In this document: positions 1-7,273 of the stretch, one piece after another
How positions within the stretch are numbered: the first letter of the stretch is position 1
How the letters are laid out: every line of letters starts with the position of its first letter
Source of the DNA: Candidatus Hydrogenedentota bacterium
GTDB taxonomy: Bacteria > Hydrogenedentota > Hydrogenedentia > Hydrogenedentales > JAEUWI01
NCBI GenBank assembly: GCA_034669905.1
Contig: JAXMOL010000043.1
Coordinates: 1-64,000, forward strand
Direction: 5' to 3'
DNA length: 64,000 nt
Program-made: the position numbers and the translations under genes
Notes under the pieces: model-generated
Told to the model about the DNA's origin: nothing
Database searches by the model: none
What the model saw: the letters and a program-made list of their open reading frames with translations, nothing else

Positions 1-141
1 TTTTACGTCTTCGACGTAATGCAGGCGAGCCGCCTGCGCTCCCAAGCCCCAATTCTTTAAGATGGCAACCAAACGACTTGGAAAATGTCCGAGATGAATC
101 TTCGCCTATTTAGATTCGCCTGGCGTATTTTTCTAAAAGTG

Positions 142-175
142 AAACGGCGGACCATCTCAGGATGGTCCGCCGTTT
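142..175. terminator. Intrinsic terminator-like hairpin downstream of the DUF1559 gene
   Basis: Perfect 15-bp stem aaacggcggaccatc-tcag-gatggtccgccgttt, 36 nt beyond the stop of the minus-strand gene at 211. Confidence 0.75.
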
Positions 176-210
176 GTCTTATGGTTCACCCGAAAGTCCG
201 GTTTTTTGGA

Positions 211-1116
211 TCAGGGATGGCTGTGCCCATGGCCTGCTTCGTGAAGGATGAGTCCGGCTTCATTGACCGGAAACTCCCCTTGAAGGCCAGCGCCGTACTT
301 CAGGAATTCGACGTGGCCATCCATGTATAGCACGTTGGCACCCGCCGGTATGTGATTGTAGTGGGTCGGCTCATCGGAGATCCCATCGTGCAGCGTGACA
401 ATCTGTGATTGCGAGCGCGCACTACCCGATGGATTGTTGATGTCCGTTATGAAGAAGCGCTCGATCCCTTCGCGCAGACGAAGTATGGTGTCGTATCCCC
501 CGACAGGAACGGGGGAGCCGCCATCATCTATCATGGGCCAGTCTTCGTCCACGGCGTTGATGTGCCCGGCCTCGATGTCTTCTCCCAGCGATTCTGCAGC
601 CAGTTCAAAGTTTTCGAGGTCGATCTCGTTGCGGAAGAGGGTGTCGGAAAGGGCAAACCCGTAATAATAATAGGGCTCCGCGCCGACTTCGCAGGGTTCC
701 ACCACCCCGTTGAAACTGAAACCGGGAATCTCTTCCCAGGTTTCCCCGGCCGTATTTCCTTCATCCCACTGCTCGATAGCTGTGCTGCCAAAGGCATTGC
801 TGGGACAGACCAGGACATCCCAATCGGAAAGGTACTCGGGGTAGAGTTGGGATGGCTCAAAGATGGCATTCCACGGCTGAATCTCATCTTCGCAATTGAG
901 CACTTTCATTTTGGGATAGTGCTCTCCATCTGACTCCATGGCATACATCTTGAACACGATGCCCATTTGCTTCAGGTTGTTCTGACAACTCGCCCGACGG
1001 GCGGCTTCTCTGGCTCGGGCCAGCGCGGGCAGAAGAATGGCCGCGAGAATGCCAATGATGGCAATAACCACCAACAATTCAATAAGGGTGAACCCTTTTT
1101 GTGTAAAGTCCTTCAT
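211..1116 (-). CDS. DUF1559 prepilin-type N-terminal cleavage/methylation protein with H-X9-DG C-terminal motif and His-rich tail
   Basis: [51 protein letters not shown]-terminal [16 protein letters not shown]; ends [14 protein letters not shown] at 1116 follows an AAGGA SD. Confidence 0.92.
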   Translation of the reverse strand: MKDFTQKGFTLIELLVVIAIIGILAAILLPALARAREAARRASCQNNLKQMGIVFKMYAMESDGEHYPKMKVLNCEDEIQPWNAIFEPSQLYPEYLSDWDVLVCPSNAFGSTAIEQWDEGNTAGETWEEIPGFSFNGVVEPCEVGAEPYYYYGFALSDTLFRNEIDLENFELAAESLGEDIEAGHINAVDEDWPMIDDGGSPVPVGGYDTILRLREGIERFFITDINNPSGSARSQSQIVTLHDGISDEPTHYNHIPAGANVLYMDGHVEFLKYGAGLQGEFPVNEAGLILHEAGHGHSHP

Positions 1117-1198
1117 GATACAGATTCCTTCGTGCCAAGTGAGCACGTGCGTAAATTAGAAGAGAAAATTTCGATACGGTCAGCAGTGAGGAGTGGTA

Positions 1199-1642
1199 TC
1201 AGTAAGCGGGAGGGCCGCGCGAAGGCCCGGGGGGACGGATTCCAATGGGGTGCCACACGGAGCGTCCGGCCGGGGTGGGCCGCTCGGGAACGCGCCATTC
1301 GAGGGGAAGACTTTCTGGGGCCGAAGCGACGATGGGCAGGGCGGCGGGGCAATAATAGGGCCCCGGGGAAGAGGTGGGCGGGGAGTCGTGTGAATCGGAC
1401 GGACCGCCGCAGATCCCCGTGCCGTATTCGTGTGGGATAGCGCCCCCCGCATGGAACATGGGGACGTCACCGTGCCAGTGCAGGACGGGTACACCGGGCA
1501 TCATGGTGGCCAGCCGGATCGCAAGCGCCGTCAACATGAGCAGGGTGGTGCCTTTACCCCGTGCATGTGGACGCGACGTACCCGAGGCGCCGGGGGTGAA
1601 ACCGCGCCGCGACCAGGCTGCTATGGACTTCGGGTAAATCAT
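1199..1642 (-). CDS. Putative DUF2946-like leader (uORF) ending in RGPP
   Basis: Hydrophobic stretch, HWHGD/HAGG/H motifs, Pro-rich linker, C-terminus PSRGPPAY; fills the gap between two co-oriented genes; start uncertain (1642 or 1537). Confidence 0.6.
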   Translation of the reverse strand: MIYPKSIAAWSRRGFTPGASGTSRPHARGKGTTLLMLTALAIRLATMMPGVPVLHWHGDVPMFHAGGAIPHEYGTGICGGPSDSHDSPPTSSPGPYYCPAALPIVASAPESLPLEWRVPERPTPAGRSVWHPIGIRPPGPSRGPPAY

Positions 1643-1656
1643 GGGTCAGGGCCTAT

Positions 1657-2685
1657 TCAGGGGGACTCGTCCACTTCGCCCTCAATCAGACGGGATACAA
1701 CCCGCTGCTGAACCCGGAGTAGATTGTGCTTGGCAAATTCCCACCCTTCATCACAGGCGGCCAGCGCTTCGTCATAGCGACCGAGTTCCACATAGGATTT
1801 AGAGAGGAAGAGATAGGACTCATAGTGAATTTGTTCCTGAAAATCATCGAATTTTTCATGGCGGCTCCGATAGGCGAGCTTCGTTTCGAGTGCCCGGTCT
1901 ACGGCTTCGCGAAGTAGCAAGGCGGCCATTTCACAGGCCTCCGCTTTCGATGTGGGGAGATAGGTTTCTATCTCGTCGCCGCGAGGAGTCTCTTCCATTT
2001 CATCGTGGTCGTCATCTTCCTCGTCATGGTGATCGTCTTTCAAGGCGTCGAGCCGGTCGCTGTATTCGAATAGCAGACGCCCGAGGGCAGCCCGCACTTC
2101 GAAACTGTTTGGGTTGGCCGCAATGCCGGCCACGAGCATTTCACGGGCCTCCGCAGGCTCCTGCGCGAAATCTGCGAGAAAGAAGGCCCCCATCGTGTAG
2201 AGCCGTTCCAGTTTCGGATTAAGTTTGACGGCCAATTGGTACCAGGGGATCAGTTCCACAGGGTCATCATGGATATGCCCCTCCGAATAGCAGGCGATGT
2301 GGCGCTGAATGTTCCCAAGAAGCCCACGCCAGTCGCGATCTTCATCGAGTACCATGTTCAGCCCCTCGGTGTGGCCCAGGCCAACGGCCGTGTCTTGGCT
2401 GTCGCCACGCATGAAACCCAGGTCCTCTTCGCCCCGGGTGGGCATGCGCTGAAGATTGCCACGGTGGAGATACTCCATACTCTTCAACCACATGAGGTCC
2501 GCGATGGACATCTGCAGTTGCCCCAGGAGCGAGAGTGCGATGGATTCTTTGGCAGCATCGATCTCACTGGGTTGGTAGGTGGCCTCCCTGACGGTCACAT
2601 GGTCGCGTACCGCATGGGGCACGAGGCCTGCCATGGCGGCAACCGCGATGAGTGAGAGGGTGGTGCCGGTGAAGGTTTTTGTCAT
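1657..2685 (-). CDS. Membrane-anchored TPR-like protein with His/Asp/Glu-rich insert (PilG/XapA-like)
   Basis: N-terminal TM/signal; helical repeats (AVKLNP, GIAANPNS, LGRYDEAL); DDHHDEEDDDHDE insert; follows the ABC permease. Confidence 0.75.
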   Translation of the reverse strand: MTKTFTGTTLSLIAVAAMAGLVPHAVRDHVTVREATYQPSEIDAAKESIALSLLGQLQMSIADLMWLKSMEYLHRGNLQRMPTRGEEDLGFMRGDSQDTAVGLGHTEGLNMVLDEDRDWRGLLGNIQRHIACYSEGHIHDDPVELIPWYQLAVKLNPKLERLYTMGAFFLADFAQEPAEAREMLVAGIAANPNSFEVRAALGRLLFEYSDRLDALKDDHHDEEDDDHDEMEETPRGDEIETYLPTSKAEACEMAALLLREAVDRALETKLAYRSRHEKFDDFQEQIHYESYLFLSKSYVELGRYDEALAACDEGWEFAKHNLLRVQQRVVSRLIEGEVDESP

Positions 2686-2695
2686 GACACCACTC

Positions 2696-3463
2696 CTAGA
2701 GGTTCAGCGAGCGAAAGCGCTGCATGCCCACGGCCATAAAGAGCAGGGAGTAGACGGCCGCGTAGACCGTGAGGGCCGCCAGTACCCAAAGGGGCGCCGC
2801 AGGAAAGTTGTGAACTTCTCGCTTGGTCAAGTCGAAGAGCTCCAGGTGGGGGAGCAACCAATACAAGGTGTCGACAACCCAGACGCCCCATCCCTCGAGG
2901 TCGGTACGTACGGTGATTAAGGTGTTGGCAAAAGTCTGCATGGCCAGGGCGAGGAGCATCGACACGGTTACGTTGCCGCCCTGGGTCAGGTAAACGGATA
3001 GACTGAGCGTCATGCCCGCGATAATCCACATGGAGAGCATGCGGAGGTAGACCGATTGAAAAAAGACACCTGATACCGGAATGTCGAGGATGCGAAACAG
3101 CAGATACAGCTCCGCGGAGAAAAGCAAGACCACGGCAGAGGCCATGACACCGACGCCAAGGTATTTCCCCAGAAAGACTTGAAGCCGCGATACGGGCTTC
3201 GCCAGTAAGGGATAGAGTGTCCGGTTTTGAATCTCGTTGGGAAGTTGGCGCGCGGCCGTGACGACACAAATCAGCACGGCCAGCAGTCCCGTCACGGTGA
3301 AGCCAACGTCTTTCACAAACTTGCCCAGCCCCTCGGTGCCGAATCGACTGAAGAGGCCTGCTCCAAAAACAATCAGAGCTGCGAGGATGAGGACCACGTA
3401 GGGATCCTTGCGCCGGAAGGATTCAATGATGGTTACTTGGGCGATACCCAATACTTTTTCCAT
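2696..3463 (-). CDS. ABC-2 type exporter permease (PilI/Xap-like)
   Basis: About 6 TM segments; EIQNRTLYPLLAKPVSRLQVFLGKYLG motif. Confidence 0.9.
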   Translation of the reverse strand: MEKVLGIAQVTIIESFRRKDPYVVLILAALIVFGAGLFSRFGTEGLGKFVKDVGFTVTGLLAVLICVVTAARQLPNEIQNRTLYPLLAKPVSRLQVFLGKYLGVGVMASAVVLLFSAELYLLFRILDIPVSGVFFQSVYLRMLSMWIIAGMTLSLSVYLTQGGNVTVSMLLALAMQTFANTLITVRTDLEGWGVWVVDTLYWLLPHLELFDLTKREVHNFPAAPLWVLAALTVYAAVYSLLFMAVGMQRFRSLNL

Positions 3464-3496
3464 GGGAGGGTTCCTTTTTTGCCACGAAGGGCGATA

Positions 3497-4429
3497 TTAA
3501 CTGACCTTGTGGCCAATGCTATGGACGAAGAAGTCTTCCAATGACCCCGGTTCCTCGAAGCTGTGTTGGATGGGGACGTCCAACTCTTCCAACAGGCCAT
3601 TGAGGGCCGCATGGGCCTCGACGCTGTCGGCAGAGAAGGTGGTCTGCCCGTTGCTCACCGCATGGATGAATACGCCCCGGGGAAGCTGGGGGGGAGAAAG
3701 CAGGCCATCGACGCACACAATGTGTCGACGGATAGCGTTGGACATGGCGGAGAGCTTATCCTCGACCAGAACCCGTCCCTCGTCGATGAGAATGACCCGA
3801 TCACAAAGCATGGTCACTTCCGACAGTTCGTGGGAGGAAAAGAAGACGGTTTTTCCTTTTGCCTTGAAATCCATCAGAATACGGCGCACGTCATAGCGGG
3901 CCACCGGGTCAAGTCCCGAGGTGACCTCGTCCAGGATGAGCAAGTCGGGTTCCCCCATAATGGCCTGGGCGATGCCCACCCGTTGGAGCATACCCTTGGA
4001 GAATCCGCGGACGGGTTCCCGGTCCCGCCCCGTTAACTTAACCTTGTCCAACAGATCGTCGATAAGGTCTTCCCGATCCCCTCGGGGGATCTCACGGAGT
4101 TTGGCGAACATTCGCAAGGTTTCCCGGGCGTTCAAGAAAGGATAGTAAAGGGCAACCTCGGGGAGAAATCCCACCCGACGGCGTCCCGCCATGTGTCCGG
4201 CAGGCAGGCCCATTACCTGAACGGTACCCCGGGTCGGCTTACGGAAACCCATGAGTACCTTGATGGACGTGGATTTTCCGGCACCGTTGGGGCCAATAAA
4301 ACCGACCACTTCACCGCGACGGACGGATAGATTCAGCCCATCTACGGCGCGAATCGTTTTGCCACTGTCGGTCTTGTATTCCACCATCAAGTCGGTGATG
4401 GTGATTACTTCATCGGGGATGTCTATCAT
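3497..4429 (-). CDS. ABC transporter ATP-binding protein
   Basis: Walker A GPNGAGKST, signature FSKGM, Walker B LLILDE, H-loop SSH. Confidence 0.95.
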   Translation of the reverse strand: MIDIPDEVITITDLMVEYKTDSGKTIRAVDGLNLSVRRGEVVGFIGPNGAGKSTSIKVLMGFRKPTRGTVQVMGLPAGHMAGRRRVGFLPEVALYYPFLNARETLRMFAKLREIPRGDREDLIDDLLDKVKLTGRDREPVRGFSKGMLQRVGIAQAIMGEPDLLILDEVTSGLDPVARYDVRRILMDFKAKGKTVFFSSHELSEVTMLCDRVILIDEGRVLVEDKLSAMSNAIRRHIVCVDGLLSPPQLPRGVFIHAVSNGQTTFSADSVEAHAALNGLLEELDVPIQHSFEEPGSLEDFFVHSIGHKVS

Positions 4430-5139
4430 GGGGCAAATTCTTTCTCGGATGTGTCTGCGTCAGTTTGGGAGTTTGTCATTGGCTCTTGGATAGGCGTTTG
4501 CGGTTCGGATTGGTCAACCGGTGACGCCGGCTTATCTCGGTGAGGGCTGTGCCCGGTTTCCTCATCGTCGTGGTGATCGGAGTCCCCATCCCGGTGATGC
4601 TCCCGTGTATGGCGCGCCAGATAAGGGTTCCGGCCTTCCTTGCGTGCCTGGAGATACTCCTCCGCTTGTGCGACCTCGAACTCAAGCCCCAGCGCCTGGT
4701 CGAATACGCTGTCGTTCACACCTTCACCTTCCGCCAAGTAGTGCTGAAAGGCCCGAATGTGATGTTCCTTTGCCGCACAGCCCGCGCTGTGTTCGAGGCG
4801 CCATCCGTCGTCCTCGAGGCGATAGTAATACTCAATGCCTTTGAAGGTTTCGCACGCTTCGTCGCCCGCTTCGCGGATGTATACATGGACTACACCAAAG
4901 GCGGGGCCAAAGAGTTCATAGGGGCGGTCCATATCCACGATGGCCAAATAGTCAAAGTTCTCCCGGCTTACTTCCCCGGGCTCGGTGGCAAACCACTCGT
5001 CAATGTGGTCTTGGGCGAGGTCTTTGAGCGACGCGCGAACGTCATGGTTCTCGTAGGTGGCATGGGCCACCCACCCGAAAAAGACAAAGAGAACGATGGC
5101 AACGACATAGATGTCTTGCCTGCGTATTATGATTTCCAT
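4426..5139 (-). CDS. Membrane-anchored hypothetical protein with His-rich C-terminal region
   Basis: N-terminal TM; HSAGCAAKEHH; RHTREHHRDGDSDHHDDEETGHSPH; ATGA overlap with the ABC ATPase; GGGAG SD. Confidence 0.8.
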   Translation of the reverse strand: MEIIIRRQDIYVVAIVLFVFFGWVAHATYENHDVRASLKDLAQDHIDEWFATEPGEVSRENFDYLAIVDMDRPYELFGPAFGVVHVYIREAGDEACETFKGIEYYYRLEDDGWRLEHSAGCAAKEHHIRAFQHYLAEGEGVNDSVFDQALGLEFEVAQAEEYLQARKEGRNPYLARHTREHHRDGDSDHHDDEETGHSPHRDKPASPVDQSEPQTPIQEPMTNSQTDADTSEKEFAP

Positions 5140-5256
5140 AGGGGAGCACTCCCGACTTAGAAGGTTTTCATACGGGGGGGTAGTGCGTCAGTCGCGCAGT
5201 AGACGGAGCGTAAGGGGGCAACGTTCCACGCATGAAGGACGCGGCGATCGATGAAT

Positions 5257-5640
5257 CTACTCGCCGCGCGGAGGGGGACCCCGTTGGTAGACAGGCAGGT
5301 GGGTCAGGCGACCTGCTGAGGCATCCCCTGGCCCTCCAGGTGTGTCGGTCTGGGGCGATGCAATAATTCGGGAAGCCGTCGAATCGGCCCCGAGGGTGCG
5401 GTCCAGTGAAAGGCATACGACACAATGAGAAGGGGGATCGGTGTGGGTGCCATCCCCGCAATCGGGATCGATGCAATCGCCCGCGTCGGCATCGCAATGG
5501 AGCGGGGCAGGGGGCGCACTATGGGCCAGCACATAATGGAAGGAAGCTCCCAGACTGGAAAGCCCCAGGCACAACGCCATCACGATGTGACGCGCCACGA
5601 GACAAAACCTTCGGTTCCAGTGCCAGGCTGAGGACTTCAT
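5257..5640 (-). CDS. DUF2946/CruR-like leader peptide (signal/TM, His/Cys, CxxC, C-terminal RGPP)
   Basis: Hydrophobic N-terminal segment, FHYVLAH, HCD...HTDPPSHCVVC, ends YQRGPPPRGE; first ORF after the promoter. Confidence 0.75.
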   Translation of the reverse strand: MKSSAWHWNRRFCLVARHIVMALCLGLSSLGASFHYVLAHSAPPAPLHCDADAGDCIDPDCGDGTHTDPPSHCVVCLSLDRTLGADSTASRIIASPQTDTPGGPGDASAGRLTHLPVYQRGPPPRGE

Positions 5641-5661
5641 TGAAATAGTGTGCTCCCAATC

Positions 5662-5688
5662 GATAATGAAGATGATAAAGCATTATCA
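5662..5688. promoter_or_regulatory. Fur-family-like operator overlapping the spacer and -10 element
   Basis: GATAATG-N12-CATTATC inverted repeat (5662-5687) and TGATAA-agca-TTATCA palindrome (5673-5688), built from Fur-box GATAAT hexamers; spacing differs from the canonical 7-1-7. Confidence 0.6.
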
Positions 5689-5700
5689 ACTAGGTGTCAA
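5672..5700 (-). promoter_or_regulatory. sigma70 promoter TTGACA-N17-TATCAT
   Basis: Minus strand: ttgaca (5700-5695), 17-nt spacer, tatcat (5677-5672), about 30 nt upstream of the ATG at 5640. Confidence 0.8.
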
Positions 5701-5973
5701 GGAGAAATCGGGTTATGTCACAGAATCGACTTTAGGCCCTTGGAATATACCAACCGAGAATGGCGTCGTTGATACAGGGACTGTCGGATGTTGTTGGATA
5801 TCACGGCACATCACGGGCAAGCGTAATCGCCTGACCGTGGCACCCGACGTTCCTATTGAGACATCTGGCCATCGATAGAGAAAATGCCCCGTATCCCGCG
5901 TCGTTAACCTTTTGGAAGCCCCATAAGGGCCTTGGAGGTGGGGCAAACCACCAAGTCACTGCTGATTTGTAGC

Positions 5974-6321
5974 TAGTGGATTGAATCGAGCAAATGGGCC
6001 TTTATTGATAGCCTTTTTGCTGGGCAAGAATAGAGTTGGAAACCGATGTCCGTTGTAGCGTTGTTCTATGAGACGGGCCTTCAGCCCTCTGTGGATGAAA
6101 CATCCCTAAAACATGGGGCTTTGCCCCATGCTGGTATGTTGCCGGGCCGTTGGCCCTGAAAAAGCGAGACTGCAAAGACGATTTGTTCAGCGCCAAATGC
6201 GCGCCCCATATCAGCCTGGGGCGAAGCCCCAGGAATAAGAACGAAACTATCTGGGCCAGGGCTGAAAGCCCAATTCATTTCACATATGAATAAGAGCATT
6301 GAACTCCGGTTCAGACCACTA
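5974..6321. mobile_element. MITE-like element with imperfect terminal inverted repeats and an internal inverted REP pair
   Basis: Left end tagtggattgaatc; right end (reverse complement) tagtggtctgaacc; inside, two ~85-bp inverted units (gggccttcagccct..catggggctttgccccatg / cctggggcgaagccccagg..agggctgaaagccc); no transposase. Confidence 0.6.
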
Positions 6322-7140
6322 TTCCCCCTTAAACTCCGGCTCCCGCTTTTCCATGAAGGCCATGATGGCCTCCATGAGGTCATGGGTGTGGATGCGGGAC
6401 GTGTTCCAGTGGGCCACGAAATCCAGACCTTCCTGGATGCGGTGCTCTTCGGAATATTGGAGGACCTGCTTCACGCCCTGAACGGCGAGGGGGGAGTTGG
6501 CCGCGATATCTCCGGCCAGGGCACGGGCAGCTCCGAGGAGTTCATCCTTCGTTTCGTAGACCGCGTTCACGAGGCCAAAATGATGGGCCCGGTCTGCTGT
6601 GACCCGATTGCCCGTGTAGGCCATTTCGCGTGCGAAACCTTTTCCCACGATGGCGGTGATACGTTGCAGGGTGCCCAGATCGGCGACCATAGCGATCCTG
6701 GTTTCCATGATGCTGAAGGTCGCGTCGCTCGTGCAGAGCCGAATATCCGCCGCCGTGCAGAGGTCCACGCCGCCGCCGATGCAATGGCCATGCACCGCCG
6801 CAATGACCGGCTTACGACACCGCTCCAACGTCGAGAAACTATCCTGCCAATCGCGGACGAATTGAAAGAATTCCGTCGCCGCCGCGCCTTTGCTGATACG
6901 GTCGTCCGTTGACATCAGATTTGCCGCTGCTGCTTTCAAATCGAGGCCAGCGGTGAAGAGCTTTCCCTCGGCCCAAAGGACGATGGCCCGAATTTCGGGG
7001 TCCTTGTCCAATTCGCGGAAGGCAGCACCAATCTCTTCAAAAAAGACCGGGGCCATGGCATTGAGCCCTTTGGGGTTGTTCAGCACGACTTCGGCCACAT
7101 GGCCATCTCGCTTAACGCGTATCACGGCGTAGTCTGTCAT
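6319..7140 (-). CDS. Crotonase-family enoyl-CoA hydratase / delta3,5-delta2,4-dienoyl-CoA isomerase-like
   Basis: FTAGLDL, KPVIAAVHGHCIGGGVDL, ADLGTLQR, FMEKREPEFKG; ATG 7140 with GAGG SD. Confidence 0.93.
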   Translation of the reverse strand: MTDYAVIRVKRDGHVAEVVLNNPKGLNAMAPVFFEEIGAAFRELDKDPEIRAIVLWAEGKLFTAGLDLKAAAANLMSTDDRISKGAAATEFFQFVRDWQDSFSTLERCRKPVIAAVHGHCIGGGVDLCTAADIRLCTSDATFSIMETRIAMVADLGTLQRITAIVGKGFAREMAYTGNRVTADRAHHFGLVNAVYETKDELLGAARALAGDIAANSPLAVQGVKQVLQYSEEHRIQEGLDFVAHWNTSRIHTHDLMEAIMAFMEKREPEFKGE

Positions 7141-7273
7141 GGCGGAGCTTCCTCTATGGTGAATCGACACCGTCTATCGTAGTGGTCCAGACTCCGTAAT
7201 ACAACGTGGTGCATGGGCAGGGACGCTCTGCCGCAGGTGCCGATAGGTCGGGGAAGGGACCAGTGTTCCCCGA

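Noticed and set aside
6075..6271. Short repeated palindromes considered as a CRISPR array
   Set aside because: Units are inverted and degenerate, not direct repeats with unique spacers; no cas genes
7180..7195. tagtggtccagac, resembling the MITE terminal repeat
   Set aside because: Only the first 8 nt match and no partner inverted end was found nearby
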